This document shows positions 38,406 through 53,249 of a stretch of DNA of 64,000 nt, one piece after another. Position 1 is the first letter of the stretch. Every line of letters begins with the position of its first letter. Where the stretch lies: positions 1 through 64,000 of the forward strand of contig JAPEUD010000018.1 of the NCBI GenBank assembly GCA_026026165.1, read 5' to 3'. The notes below the pieces were generated by a model. The model made no database searches. It saw only the letters and a list, made by a program, of their open reading frames with translations, and was not told the DNA's origin. The stretch is from Sarea resinae. Taxonomy: Eukaryota. A program made the position numbers and the translations under genes.

Positions 38406-38902
38406 TTAAGTCTTCAACGGATCATGACCCCAATTCTTCAGCGACTTGTAGCTTTTGCTTTCGGTATTTTGCTTGGCAGATTGCTCCTGCGCCAGGTGCC
38501 GCTTACAATAAGAGACGACCTTGCGCATGTGGTCAATATCCTCCTGATCGTATTTCTCGGGGTCCTTGCTAGGATTTTTCTCCAATATCTTAATGATCTT
38601 ACGACCGCTGCAATAGAAATTAGCAGCGTAGGTGAATAGACCGGGGACGGCATCTAGGATATGATATTACCTTTCGTGGCCAATAGTTTCGCCAGAACCG
38701 TCGTCCTTGTCCCAGCCAGCGCCTGCAGATTGGCCTGTGCCCAACCAATCTTTGAGCTCTTTAGGGCCCATGTTCACGAGGTCATTGAATTCTCTACAAG
38801 GTACGTAGCAATGACCAAATCAGCTGGATGCTTTCATATAGACCGTTTTTCAGTGCTGACAGGACAAACCCACTCAATTACTGTATCGTTATCTTTGACC
38901 AT
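38406..38902 (-). CDS. DUF3140-family small protein
   Basis: Not in the ORF track in its true frame; spliced from 3 exons: MVKDNDTVIEEFNDLVNM..EL.DWL...GHESGRKII...DHMRKVVSYCKRHLAQ...SLKNWGHDPLKT. Confidence 0.85.
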
Positions 38903-41510
38903 GATTGCGAAATTTGCGTCAGTATTAGGCAGATCGTCAAATATCTGTTGCCGTGTATGTTAAATGCTCTGTCTCCTACCTCTTGACACTCAATGAAGCC
39001 CTTTTTGGCCATCGCTACGGAGGGAGTGAGGTTCGTGAGGTTCAATTACATCATGACCTAGGTTCCGAACAGGCCTGACTTAGTAGGTAGGCAGGAAGCC
39101 GTATCTCATAATACCTTGCCTTACCTAGGTATTTGAGCATCTGAGGATGACGACATTGCAATCTCTCTCTTCTGTTGTTAAGACATCGGCATAATGCCTG
39201 TCGCACAAAATTCATATCGCAATGCTGTAGGCGGTATCATCAGAAGAAGTTTCGCAAGGACGGTCTACCGCTACAATTCGCGGGATCGACCAAACAAAGA
39301 TGGCCATGACATCTCAATGGCACAGGCGAATGATCGTCAAGTCACAGAGGACTCTCGCGGGAGCTCTTCAAGTGCGCCCAATCAATGCGCGTGCCGGTGC
39401 CCAGATTGAAGGTTTATATTGGCCATCAGCCTGTCACATCATAATAAAGTGTGCCGTGCTCGGTTGTGAAAGAAGCCAATTTCCGAGGAACGCCTAGACT
39501 CATGGGGCCCTGGCAAGCGAGGCCACCGGCGTGCCTATTCAGGTAGGCTTGAAAAGAGAAACGATCGCGTACTGACCTTTGGACCCTTTTCGGACCATGA
39601 GACTAACCTGAAGCTACAAAACTTTCCTAGGGTTCGCAGGCGGATCAAGCCTGACGGGTTCCCACGAATGATGCGGAGTACCTGCAGTAACGGTCTGATA
39701 GGTCTGCCTGACGGCAGATAAGGTATGCGCTCTGTAAAGTTCCGATTGTCTCTCAAGGCGCCAACGAGGGTATCTAATGAAATGATACTGATATATATCC
39801 TGGCGAGTCCCCTTGCCAGAAGCAGAGTATTCCATACCTTAGAGGAGAAGATCATCCCGGAGGTCTCGCACGCTCGTACATGATTCACTTTGGTGAGGTA
39901 CCCAGTGGTGCCAGTCTTAACTTTGCTATCAATGCATCCAATCTACCTACATAGTAAATCCTAAATTGCTCTGTCCCTGCATGACGGGTGAACAGTACGT
40001 AGTAGGTGGGTACCTGACGGGACGTCAGATAGCTAGGGTGGATAGAAGGAGGTCGTGACGGTCGATGACACGGCGTGGGACAAACATCATCGTACTCGAG
40101 GTCGTAGCAGTGGGGAGAGCGATGGCAGCCCCTGGATCTTACCAAAAGGGCAGCGCACGGCTATCAGCATGCTGGGGTGCCTTTTCCACCCCCTCATGAT
40201 GTTCCATTGACCGACTCCTTCACGGACTGCTCAGGTAGATCCCTCTGCCCTCGTCGTCGTGTATTATGAGCAGGGCCGGAGGGCCAACGACAAGCCAGAG
40301 CCTTCCCGGATTCCTGCCCAGGGCAGAGGTAGCGAGATGCGTTGTCCTTTGTCCATGACAGCTTCCAGTGTGCAGTGCTGCAAGGTACTTCGTATATCGA
40401 CCATCACTACCTACATAGTACTACGAGTACCTGATGTGTACGATGAGTACGGATTACTGCGTAGGTAGGCGACGACCTTGCTTCAGTGCGCGGGCAAGCA
40501 GGAAGGTGGTATAAGACTGGTGGTGGTCTCCACACCACAATTGGAGTCATCTGGTAGAGTACTTCGTACTTCGTACTTTGTCCCTGATCGTCGTGCTCGC
40601 TCAAGCTGTACCACCTGTCATTCTGAATCATCATCGGGCTGTCACCTCGAGGACGTTCATCGATATCCATGGATGAGGTGCCCGTTGCTTCGTGGTGAAC
40701 AGCGTTGGCAGTGGTACGGAGCAGTAGAGTAGTAATCATGTCCTCCACTGGTACCTTACCTGACTACCTAGGTACCTACCTTACTCTCCTGCCGCCATGG
40801 ATGACTTGCACGTTTTGGTGTTGCCGTGGTGGTGGTGGCGGTGGTGGTCTCTCCTTAGGTCCCACCTCCCCTCCAAACCACCTATACACTACCCCTGATG
40901 TCGGCCCTGGATCTTGAACCTTTTGCCAATGCCGCTAACCGTAATCGCGCCTCTAATTTGTTCGCATCGCCGTTACAAGCAGTTACAGAAACAAGCTTCC
41001 CCTACCCCCCAAGACTCAGCTCAGTACTATCCCGCTCTCTCTCATTTCATATACGCACCGGACACACTCTGTCCATACAACACTCACACAAACACGCACG
41101 CACACACACACGCACCCGCATTCTCTTCTTCTTTCGGCCGGTCAGATTCAACCTGGTCACCGATGGCGAGAACCACGGCCGCAATCACTTCTTCATCTTC
41201 TGTACATTCTCTCTCGATGCACTAAATGCCTTGAAACCTTCTCTCGTTGCGCCCAGCTCACCGCCTTCGGCACTATCTGCCTTGACTGTTGACCCCCTAA
41301 AACTACCGGATCTTTTCCTCGTCCCCTGTCGACGCCGCTTTCAAAATCTCGTAACTCATTACCGCACGCGGTCGCTTCACTTCCTCTCAGATCATTCGGA
41401 CGGGCGATATTCGATCTCCCGTGCGTAGCCTTCCATTCGGCACTGCCGTCTTCTCACGCACAGCATCGTTGGTGCTCTCTTGATTGCGAAAGCAACGCCG
41501 CTCCTTCCTA

Positions 41511-44500
41511 ATGCCGTCCATACTTTCCAAGGTCTTCAAGGGCAAGGATGGCTCCGGAGCGTCCACAAAGTCCAAGAAGGCGGCCGCCCAAAACCATGCC
41601 CAAGCATCAGCGCCACAGAAACCGCAGTGGGACGATGCATGGTCGCGCAGTGACGTTCATCCTGAAGAGGTTCAAGAATTGCTCAGAGGCTGTACACAAG
41701 AGATGAAATCACGAGGCAAGTCAATCATCAGTTCTGCAGTCTAATGAGGTGTATCTAATTCGATGACGATACTGCAGCCCTCGATACACCGTTTCTTCTT
41801 CTCCCATTTCGACCTGATTCCGATCCCAGCGCAGCCAGAACCTTCATCCGTAATTTCTTCAACCAGGTCGCCGGAAAGGCTGAGTTGCGTGGTGGTCAGC
41901 TTCAACATGAACTACGGTTAACGGATCCAATGGTAAGCTAGTCAGCTATATAACCTTGGCGGGCGCTGATCTATCTAGGTAATTTGCAGTGTAATGAAAT
42001 GGTGTTGGAGCAGACTGCCGGGAGGTGTGGTCTCTTGGGAGGCCTATGAGCTTTTCCGTGTGGGTGAACAAGGTAAGCTCTGCTGAAACTAAGCCCGAGA
42101 GACCATGACTGAAAACAAATCTAGACTCGAACATGGCCAGAGATGCATTTGCTGCTTTCATTCCCATTAGTGTGGACTCGGATGCCAGGACCAAAATTAT
42201 CTTCGACTTTTTTGATCTGATATCAGCCATAGCGGCTCATGGGAAATCGAATGGGCTGGGCGGCCGAAAACTTTCGCGCTTAGCTGGTTGGTGGGCTTTT
42301 GAGCACTCAGACTCGGGGAATGGCTTTGACGGGGGATACAAATCATGGGCAAGGTGATTGTGCCCGGAATGACGCTTTAGGGATGATGACTGACGAGACA
42401 TCAGTGCCGCGGACGCTACGAGCCACTTATTCTTCGCCTATCTCCGTTCTCTGTCCCCGGATACCGTTCGGGGAACCAATGGCATCTCGCAGCTCCCAAT
42501 CTCTTTGCAAACACTTTTGGATTCCACCGAATATCCACCACAGGCCCCTACGCTGCAGAGCCCGACGACTAAAGTGGTTATGATTGTAGACTCCGTGTCA
42601 CCTACGCCATTTGCGCTTCTGCGCAGAGCCAAGAACTTTGAGTATCGTGACGATGATGAGATTCTCCAACGGTTTGCCGAATACGATGACCCTGTAAAAG
42701 CTCTCACCGACGAGTGTACTCGAGTACTCAAATGCATCTCTTCGACTAACCAGTCATTGATATCGAGCACGAAGGCTTCGACTAGCCTTCCGGATGCATC
42801 GTGGTCGCGTTTTGAGGACATAGGGTTCTCAGGAATAATGGAAGAGTCTGACCAGGATGATGACATGAATGGCTCTGCTCTATCTAGGAGACACCGTCAT
42901 GAGGGGCTAAGTTCGAAGCCAAACTCTCGTATGCAAGACTTCGGTCGGCCAACTACTCCCTCATGGGCGGACTTCCTATCCTCTGGATTTGCCGACGAAG
43001 CCGGTGACCGGGCGCCTGCTCCTCTACTGTTGCCGCCAGACAAGATTCTCCCACCCATTGACACCTCCCGTGTTCACAGCTCCCAATCTCACAGACGCAA
43101 TGCTCAGCACGAGGCTAACCTAGAACCCGGCGAGCTGGCCAGTATCAATAGTATGGATATGGATGACGCCTTTTGGTGGGTCTGGATCACCAGCTTGGCA
43201 GGCGAGGAACCAACGGAGCGTAAGGCCGTTTTCGGAAGGTGTGCTTTGATCGAGACCAGCTTTAGCGGCTCCAGATGGATTCTGTTGGAGGAGAAGGTCA
43301 GAGGAGCAGCACCGGCCCCTGATGAAGGTATCTACATTGCCGAAAAAAAGAGTCGCTTCGGGTTTACCAAGCGAGGAAGATTGACTCGCAGGAAGTCTAC
43401 AGGGAAGAATTCCCTTGCTGTCCCACACGAACCCTATAGTAGGACAAATCAAAGCACGCCCGTGAGTAAGACCAGTATCGGGCCGGATCAACACGCCCGA
43501 ATCCAGGCAGCTGCAGCAGCTCTGCAGCAGAAGCAGAAGCATCAAGACTTGGAGTCGGCCGGTATGCGCAGGGCAAGGGCTGAAGATGGGACGCATTCAA
43601 AGACCAACAGTGTTTTCACCCTTCAGCCCGTCATCATGAATGAAGCTGCTCCAGCTATGAAATGGGCGAAGAACTTTGACAAAGACGCAATTCGGGCAGC
43701 GTACCTGGGTAACAATTATGCAGGGAGAGGACAGTCGGCTGAAGCGCTAGGAATGGCCGGGATGACCAGTAATGGGGCTGCTACCAATGGTACCGCCGCC
43801 CAGAAGCGTGCGCCTGCTGCCAAAGAGAGAGACCTGCCCGCCATACCTAAAGATGAGCCTGTTGACGAGCAGCCGAAAATAGATGCACGACCCGTCACTC
43901 CGCCACCCCCGCCAGTGGATGTCTCGAATAAGAATACCATGGGGAATGGAGCCGCAGAGGATGCTGCGCTGGTACCGCTGCCGTCGCCTCGCCAAGTCGA
44001 GAGAAAGCGCTTGCCACGTGCCGACCACGCTCCAGTTCAGCCAATCAACGGGCTGTCACGGACTCTTTCCCCTGAGCAAAATCTTGCCGCATCTGCTGCA
44101 AAAGCCGCTTGGCAGTCGAAGCAAACAACCCCTGAAAAACCAGAACCATTGCGTACCCCGGAGAAGAATGCGAATGCAAACAAGTTGAGGAAAAGCCCAC
44201 CAGGCAACGGATTCAAGAAGCTTTTCGGCAGAAAGAAGGCGGAATTGCCTTCTAGGTCTATCACACCTCAACCGGATGGTAGTGCATCTTTACAGGTTCC
44301 CCAAGAGCAGTCCGCATTGGGCAAGCGGTTTTCCAGTCTTCGCAGGAAGCCTTCGCCGACACCTCCACCAATCACAACTGAACCGGTACCTCAAGCCGAA
44401 CCTCAGCTCGAGGTATCTGCTGTCGAGGACTATGCTTCTACTGCTGCTCCCGAAGAGGCTGCTCTTACCCATCAAGGATCTGCTCGTGATGTCTCGCATG

Positions 44501-45004
44501 ACTCGCGCCCAACCTCGTCTCATGTGGATACTCTAGAGCAGGCTGATGCGGAAAAAGCCTTTCAAACGTTTGACCAGGGTCCTCTGGATGATGTCCCCGC
44601 ATTTGTGCCCGAAGACTCCCCTGAAGGCTCCACCCCAATTGGTGCCTCTCCTGAGGCTATCACTCCTGCTGAACAGGACTCTGTTGCCGAAGATGCTTCA
44701 CGTACCTCTGATGAGCTCACTCGCCAGACTTCGTCACCTGCGCAAGATCGTTGGGCCCAGATTCGCAAGAATGCCGCCGATCGCGCCTCGAGACAGAGCG
44801 AAGAACAGTCCAGACCAAGTCAGAGCGCCAGGACAGATGACGGAGAGACGAGCGGAGAGGAAAGTAAGTTACACAGTGCGCTCTTGGAGTCTGGTGAGTG
44901 CTTGCTGACAATTCATAGCCATCGAGTCGAGAGTCGCTCGAATCAAAGCTCGTGTGGCAGAACTGACGGGCAATCTAGATGGCCGACCTGCAGAGAGAGC
45001 TTGA
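41511..45004 (+). CDS. msb1: Msb1/Mug8-like morphogenesis protein (RhoGAP-like N-terminal domain)
   Basis: ALDTPFLLLPFRP, KWCWSRLPGGVV, NGLGGRKLSRLAGWWAF, TTPSWADFLSSGF, DDAFWWVWITSL, C-terminal ESRVARIKARVAELT; 6 exons; first intron is GC-AG. Confidence 0.85.
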
Positions 45005-45877
45005 AGGTGCCAAGTCATAATTCACCCTCATTTACATAATTAGCTAGCTTGCTCATTTTCTTCACTGTTCCCTCTTTTCTCTGCTTGAGTATCTTCACGC
45101 CCTTATTTACGAGACATTCGCCCTTTAACGGAACGACGTTCGCTCGACACAGTTCTATTAGGGCTGTTTTATATTGTCGTACTTCACTAAGCAAGCGCCG
45201 CAGTATTTCCCTCTACTTCGATCTGCCCGTGTTCAAGTCACTTTCCATTCGTCATGGCAGGAACAAAACGCCGCCCTTTTCCCTTTGTCCTCAATTTTCT
45301 CCTCTTTTCATGACTTGAGCTGCATTATTTTCCAGCGGTTGTTGAAGATACCAAATTGCTTACTCTACTTACCTCTCGACAAGTCATACTGTCGTTGACT
45401 GCTACGTCTAATTAACTTTTCTTTCCGATCTGGCTGTAGTTAGGCTAGATGTAATAGAGGTTCGACCCATTTTCGGAGCTATATGCAATGCTTTTACTTA
45501 GTGCGTGCAGAATGCTAGAAGGCGCCATGAGTAGCCCATGCGTTATTGCCAATTTCGTGTGGAGTAGGCCGGCTTTGTCTAGGCCAGTCTAAATAAGCCT
45601 AAGGTAAGGTAGGTAAGGTAGGTAGGTAAATAGGCCTATCTGAGCAGGCCACTTCATCGAAGTTCAACCAGACATTCCTCGCTGTTTCGGGCCTTTCCGC
45701 CCGCGCATTAACACCAAACACGCAGTACTAGAAGTACGGCCGCTACAACAAAGCTCACTTCTTATCTCCTGATAGCACTGGAGCTCTCCTAATTGTACTG
45801 CCCACCATTTCCCATGCACATGGGCAGGACTGAGTGAGCTTCGACAGAGGAGATACTCATGGACGTTAGATGGTTCC

Positions 45878-48800
45878 ATGATGTCCCAGAAGGAACAATG
45901 CGCCGAGACGGAAGAACCCCCCGTGGCAGACAATGGCACACCATCCACCACCGACACAGCCGGTCACCAGGAAGCACAGGGCAAGACAGAAACAAAAGCC
46001 GAGGGTGGTGTTGGAATGGACGAATTTGGGCTTCCGATTCGACCATCTCGAAGGCCGGCCTTCGTTCAAGATTCAGATGAGGGAGACGTCCGAGACGACC
46101 AGAATGTAATCCGCGAAGGTCTTGCCCAACCAAGTCCAGAACCTTCTGCGGTCTCAGAGCACGCTGAGATCCCGCAAACTAATGGCCTTCAAGCGACTCA
46201 AGCCGCCCGAGAAGAGGGAGTCGCAGGCAAAGAAGTCGAACAGCCTCGGGGAACCGCCAGAAATGGCGTGGAAGAAGGTGATCATGGATCACCTGCTCAA
46301 AGGAATAATGAAGAGGATAATTCAATGTCGGAAAAAAAGCCAACACACTCAAGGGGTGGCTCTGCTGCAGAGCTTCAGAACGACAATGGCGGTAAGGGAC
46401 ACAGGCGGTTTGGGTCCTCGTTTGCAGAATTCAACGAGAATCGCCAGATTGCTGGTGCATCGGAATGGTCTCATCAACAAGGCGTTCCGCAGAAAGAACC
46501 GGACGAGATTCCTTTGAGCGATGATGAGTGGCAAGATATGCCCGCATTTGCCCCATATGATATTTATGATGACGACGGAAAGCTCATTGCTCGAGAAGCC
46601 GGGGAACTCGACGATGAAGCAGCGGCATATGGTGGTCTGGGTGGTGCTGGAAAAGGCTACACACGAGTACAGATCGACGAAGATGCTCAGTCGGCCACGA
46701 GCTTGGACGAAGATACGAAGTATCTGTTCAAAGAAGCTGGTACGAATGTGGCCGACGAAGACGGAGAGCAGCGAGACACCCTTGCCCAGATGCAGGCGAC
46801 CAAAGACTTGCTCACCGAAGGGCAGAGGATCGCATACGTTGGCCTGACGAAGCTGGCTATGGCAGAGATGATTAAAGAAGCGGAAGACATCGTGTCCACT
46901 AAGAAAACCAAAAAAGGCTTACAGACAGCTGCTGAAGCTATGAAAATGTGGAGTCAGAAAATGATGTTACGATTATATGCACATATGGAAATAAGCCCTG
47001 CAGGTAAGTCAACCTTCCTTCAATCACCTGCACGCATTCCGTCTCACATGGTCCACAGAGCAAATAATGATCGAACAATTGGCGGAACACGGCGTACAGC
47101 CTGCGGATCTCACTCCTACCCTGATGCAGAACGCTCGAGTGAAAAATCCAATGGCCGAGGAGCCATCATCCAAAACGCCTTCAATTGCTTCACCACACCC
47201 AGAAGAGCAAGAGCTCAAGTCCCCAGATTCGCTTTCTCCGAGCCTCAACGAGTCCCCCGACAATGATCCTCCACCCAAATATCAGGCGGATGCAGACGTT
47301 ATTATACCCGATGTTCGTACGCCATCTCAGCTGCCTCAAACCACAAACATTGACATAGATCTTCGTTGGACTGTGTTATGTGATCTGTTCCTTGTTTTGA
47401 TAGCAGATTCAATTTACGACTCTCGTTCGAGGCAGCTGCTTGAGCGCGTAGGATCGTCGCTGGGAGTAGATTGGCTGGAAATATGTCGCTTCGAAAAGCG
47501 GATCACGGATGCTTTGGAGATGCAAGAGGCGGCTAACAAAGAGAATTGGAATGAAGAGCAACACATGGAGAAGAGACAAAAAATGGCCCTGTCGAGAAAG
47601 ATTATGTACATGGGCTTGGCCACCGTCGGTGGCGGCCTGGTCATTGGACTGTCTGCTGGACTCTTGGCTCCAGTCATCGGTGCCGGTTTAGCGGCAGGAT
47701 TCACAACTATCGGAGTTGCGGGCACCAGTGGCTTTCTTGCTGGAACCGGCGGCGCTGCGCTGATCACAACAACTGGTGTGCTCTCCGGTGGTGTTATCGC
47801 CGTCAGGGCTTCTCATAGAAGGACTGGAGCTGTCAAGACCTTCGAGTTTCGGCCTTTACATAACCACAAACGGGTAAATCTGATTGTAACCGTCTCTGGT
47901 TGGATGACTGGCAAGATCGATGATGTGCGATTACCTTTTAGCACGGTTGATCCTATCATGGGAGATCTGTACTCTGTGCTTTGGGAGCCGGAGATGCTTC
48001 AAAGTACGGGTGACACGATCAATATCCTAGCTACTGAAGTAAGTCGAAGAATACCGAAATATGAGAACGGCTTTGACATTAGCACAGGCTCTAACGCAGG
48101 GCTTACAACAAGTCCTTGGTAGCACGATTTTGGTTGCACTCATGGCTTCTTTACAGCTCCCGATTGTTCTTACAAAGCTTGCCTACCTAATCGATAATCC
48201 TTGGACGGTTTCGCTCGACAGAGCGAATGCTGCAGGGCTTATTCTCGCAGACTCGCTGATAGACCGGAATCTTGGAGTTCGACCGGTCACCCTTGTTGGA
48301 TTTTCGCTCGGCTCCCGCCTTATCTTCTCCTGCCTGCGGGAGCTTGCTCATAGGGGAGCGTACGGAGTAGTCCAAAACGTATACCTTTTCGGGTCCCCAA
48401 TCGTGGCGAATAAGGATGAGTATTTGAGAGCCAGAAGTGTGGTTTCTGGCCGATTTGTCAATGGTTATGCCAAGAATGATTGGATTCTAGGTTTGCAATC
48501 TTGCTCGGGTGAGCGAAGGACCTCTTAACTGACACTGTTCCTAGGCTACCTCTTTAGAGCTACTAGTGGTGGTATTATGCGCGTCGCCGGCCTTGCCCCC
48601 GTGGAAGGGATTCCAGGGCTTGAAAATATTGACGTCACTTCTTTGGTTCCTGGCCACATGGCATATCGTGCGGCAATGCCAAAATTATTGAGAGAGGTTG
48701 GCTGGATGGTAGAGAGTGATGAATTTACCGAAATAGAGGATCCTGTAAGCGCCCTCCATGCCTGGTAAGGAGATCTGGCTAATGATATCAGGATCCGGAG

Positions 48801-49538
48801 AACCATCAAGCTCGTCAACGAGAATTGATTGCCGAGATCGACGAAGCCCGGAAGGAGATTGGTCAGAAGCCGGAAAAGAAACGGTTCGGGCTTTTCAATC
48901 GTAAAAAGATGGCCGAGAAAAAGGGATGGGAGACGTACGACGATAGTATAAAAGCAGGCCGTGAACGGCGATCAGAGTCTGTGGGTGAACTGCGCGACTC
49001 TCTCATCTTCGATGTCGAGGCAATACGGGCCGAGCTTGCTTCTGAACAAATCGAAGTCCGGCAATTGGAATCAACGCTTCCGCCGATGAGACTAGACTTG
49101 AGTGGAACTAACTCGGCCGAAGAGAAAGCAATACGACCGGCACTTGGAGAGTCCAAGAGTTATCTGAGCGGGCGATCGTCACGAAGTCCATCTCTACCAC
49201 CGCCACCGAATCGGAACACCATCTCAACTCCAGACCAGAGAACAAACCGTAAATACTTCGAGTATTATTCCCACGAACCAGAGTTGGCCGAGGAAGAAGT
49301 ACAAATGACCTTCGACACGCCCTTCTCTTCTAATTCCGCACCACCCCCGAGACGATCTAGCGTCGATGATCCCGTCTCCCACCAAGCAGCTAGAGATGTG
49401 GGATCTTTGCCGCCGCCGGAGCTTCGACATTCAGTAACCATGCCGGCAGTGAGTGGCCTTGGTCTGGAGCATAATGCATGGGCTGAAGAAGACGAAGAGT
49501 TTGGGAAAGAACAGGAGGTACAGATGATTTTCGAGTAG
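45878..49538 (+). CDS. DUF726 / TMCO4-like (Mil1-like) alpha/beta-hydrolase-fold membrane protein
   Basis: DLRWTVLCDLFL, GLATVGGGLVIGLSAG, WEPEML, IDNPW, RPVTLVGFSLGSR, GHMAYR; 5 exons. Confidence 0.9.
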
Positions 49539-50110
49539 ATATGCATAGAGGGCATTTGATCCCGCTTTCTTTCTGGGCGCAGCTTCTGTTACTACCCCTT
49601 GGGCGTTGAGATTTGTTTCATTGCGAGGCTACTTTTCTCTCGTACATAATTCCTTTGAGTGTAAATACTAGGGACAGGGCTGCATAGAGGTGTTTGAAGC
49701 ATCTTAGCCTGCCTCATATTGGGTCATGGCCTTGGCCTTGGCCGTCAGACCGTCTAATGTCTATATCGTCATGGCATGTCCAGTCAAGCTATACATTAAT
49801 CATGACATGATTGGCATTGCAATCCAATATCAGTAGCGTACGATTGTCCTCACCTTCGCAGGATAAGCCAAGTGTCTGTGTTGTATGTTGACTATACGGC
49901 CGTTCTCGGCCTGGGCGGCGCAGATCATGATGTCTTTCTCGCGTGCACGCGCTAAACGACCGCGCGCGGTGAATACGATACAGCAGTGCCATTCGAAATG
50001 GCATATCAATACTTTTGACCGCTCACCACCTGTCCTGAACGAAGAAGCTTTGCTCATGCACTGGAGCATCGGTACAGCCGGGAGCTAAAGCCTGGCAAGC
50101 GTTGCTTTCC

Positions 50111-52194
50111 ATGGCTGGCTATGGCCGAAGACCAAGAAACGCCAGTATAGCGTTGACCAAGGCCAACGCACCAAGAGGACATCTACTCAGCACATTCAAC
50201 GGCAGGCATGAGCCAACTTCAAGTTCTTCTAGCGGAGAACCCCAACCGCCGAGGAAGTCGCCAGGGACGTACGATGACCCTCTCAGCTCCAGCGAGGAGT
50301 CGGATGAGCTCCAATCCGATGTGAATACTACAAAACCGCAGGCACACCCGCCGCCGAGACCTTCTGCCAGGAAAGGCCCCCGCGTCTTGGTTCCTCCAAA
50401 AGGACATCGGAATTGGAACTTACATGGGCGAAGCAACTCATCTGATGTAGACCGTATGGCCAATGGGGCAGGAGTGTCTGGAAGCAGAACTCTATCAACG
50501 ACGGACAATACAAAGTCAAAACAGAGTGCTTCAGGAGCGATGGGGAACCAATCGGGCAGTCCGAAGAGACAGCGAATGGACACGGGCGCCGATCAGGCGG
50601 ATGAGCTGGACGACGAGTTTGGAGCCTTTAAGATGGCGGACAGAGGGAAGAAACCGAAGCGTCGGAAAGGGTATGGCACTGTCATCAATATCCATGCGCC
50701 AAAACCCGCGGGGGATAAGGACGGGAAAGCAAGGAAGGATACTGGCAAAGCCAAGAAAGATGGAAAGAAGGGTAGGCTGGCTTGAGACTACATTTGGAGC
50801 AACTCCATACTAATACGAACATGTATAGTATCGACCGGATTCAAGGACCCCTTCGAAAATCGCCGGATCTCAGATACGTGTGCGTCAAAGATGAGACTAT
50901 TTTTGCCGTTGCTAAAGCTGAATTCTCATCTTTAGCAGATCACTCGGACCCAGAACTTCCTGGGACTGGCTTCAAAAGCCCACCCGCCAGCTATCTGGCC
51001 GCCTTGCAGGACCCGCCCACTTCGAGCCAAGATGTTCCCAGCTTCTCACAGGGAGATGAAGACACTTTCAAAGTCCCAGCTATACTACCAGACACGCCAG
51101 AAAACATGGTCTCGAAAAGAGCTGCTGAGCGCTACGAAGCCGAGCCCGACGAGAGTCCAGGCGTTGTCTTCCGAATGCCCGCGTCTATGGACATAGATAT
51201 GTCACAGAAAGACGCGTCTGGACGAGCAGACGTAGCCAGCGTGGCGAAAGACGTCCTGAGGATGACTACGGACAAGTCCGGCTCTCGAATGTCTGATCAC
51301 CCGCCAGCTTCGTCCTCGGAATCTTCCAAAAAGTCGACCCTCGACAATAACAATACTCTTGACAGCCCACCCGACTCTCTAAGCCCTCCGCCGTACTCAC
51401 CAGAGCGCACCCCGTCTCCCGACCACCAACACGACCAATTCCCCTCCTCGAAAATATCATCCTACCTCGCCCCCGTCACGGCGCGCTGTCCCCTCTGCGG
51501 CGCCACCGTCGACATCAACGCCCTCGACGCCGTCACGAACCACTCCTCGAAGCGACTGAACGTACGCCAGCAAGCCGCCTTCTGCCGCGCGCACAAGCAC
51601 CGCTCGGCGCTCCAAACCTGGTCCGAGCGCGGCTACCCGCGCATCGACTGGGCGGGGCTCCCGGCCCGCCTCTCCCGCTTCCACAGCACCATGGCCCGAA
51701 CGCTCTCGGGCACGCGCCCCTCGTTCTACCGCGCCCAGCTCGAGCAACAACAGCTCCGCTCGGGCGGCGCCTCGCGCACCATGGCCCAGAGCATCATGAC
51801 GTCGGGCTTCGCGCGGCTGACGCCGGGATACTACGGCTCGCGCGGCGCGCGCGCCATGACCGACTTCATCCTGCACGCCTTCTCGCCCGCGCTGCGCCGG
51901 CTCGCCCATACGGACCCCGTCATCTCGTCGGCGGCGGCGGGCGGCGGCGTCAGCGGCTACGTCCAGGCCGTGCTGGTGCCCGAGTTGGCGGCTCTGCTGG
52001 TCGCCGAGGATCTGGGCTGTGCTGAGGATAGGGCCAGGGAGGTGCTGGAGGATAGTATCGAGATTGGCGATCTGGTCAATGAGGAGGTCGAAGAGGACTA
52101 TGGCGATGATGTCCACGTGGACGTCCCTGTCGACGGCGGCAGCGGAGGTGGAGGTGGAGGAGCGTATGGCCATCTTTCATGCCTGACTGACTGA
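50111..52194 (+). CDS. RTC4-like domain protein
   Basis: Low-complexity N-terminus; CPLC...FCRAH, W.ERGYPRIDW, PGYYGSRG, YVQAVLVPELAALLVAED; 3 exons. Confidence 0.8.
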
Positions 52195-52890
52195 CTGACT
52201 GACCATTCTTCTCTCATCTCCCTTCGGGACTGGCGTTTCCCACTTCCTTTTTGTTTTCATTTTCTTTGCTTTTCTGTTCTTCTCTTCTCGGGAGCTATCT
52301 GTCTGTCTATTACTTTGCCCGTCCAATGTTTCGAAACGAAAAGGTATAGATATCGGCTGGATTACCTTTCCTACTCTATCCTCCCTCAATGGCGGCTTCT
52401 AACAGCTTCTATTAGCTTGGCATCGTTTAGCTAGGTAAGGCAAGGTAGTCGGGGCGCTGGCTAGCTATTATAGGTAGGTAGCTAGATAGATCTATTAGCA
52501 ACCAAATGTTTTTGTTTTTTTACTAAATCTCACGTCTTGGTCTTTGTCTTTGTCTTAAGAGGGGAAAACAGAGCGCATTTAGTGCATATTTGATTACCCC
52601 CCTCTCCCTCTCTCTTCTCTCTCTACTCTCTCTACTCTCCTCTACTCTCCCCCTATACTGACGCTTATACACATACCAGTTCCTTATCCCACAGAAACAG
52701 AGTTTATAAAAACATTTTGCCATTCTTCCGTCTAGGCTACACACACATAAACATGCTATCCCCCCATTTCCGTCTCTCTTCTCGCCCTCTCTTCTCGCCC
52801 TCTCTTTTCGCCTCTTAAGTCCTGATTTTCGCTTCTTTTTCTTCTTTGTGTTTAGATTTGCGTTTGGGTTTGGGTTGGGAGGATGGGGAG

Positions 52891-53000
52891 GTAGTGTAGT
52901 GTAGTGTAGTGTAGTGTAGTGTAGTGTAGTGTAGGATATGAGAGCGAGAGAGACTGCGTCTAGGCTGAACAGGCGGCTGGTAGACGGAATAATTTGATAC

Positions 53001-53068
<68 letters not shown>
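52891..53068. repeat. (GTAGT)n 52891-52934 and (AG)n 53004-53068 microsatellites
   Basis: Read directly from the sequence. Confidence 0.92.
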
Positions 53069-53071
<3 letters not shown>

Positions 53072-53249
53072 AAAGGTGAGCAGGTTAAACGTGAAGGAGC
53101 CAAATCCGTGACTAGACGGAAGCCAAGCCAAGCCAAGTTCGAGGTCGTGGGTGAGTAGCGAGATGGGTAGCCAGGTAGGTAGGTAGGTGGGATAAGTGAG
53201 CGCTTTTGAGTTTGAGTTTGAATTTGCATTGATGGTGTACGAGGGCGCT

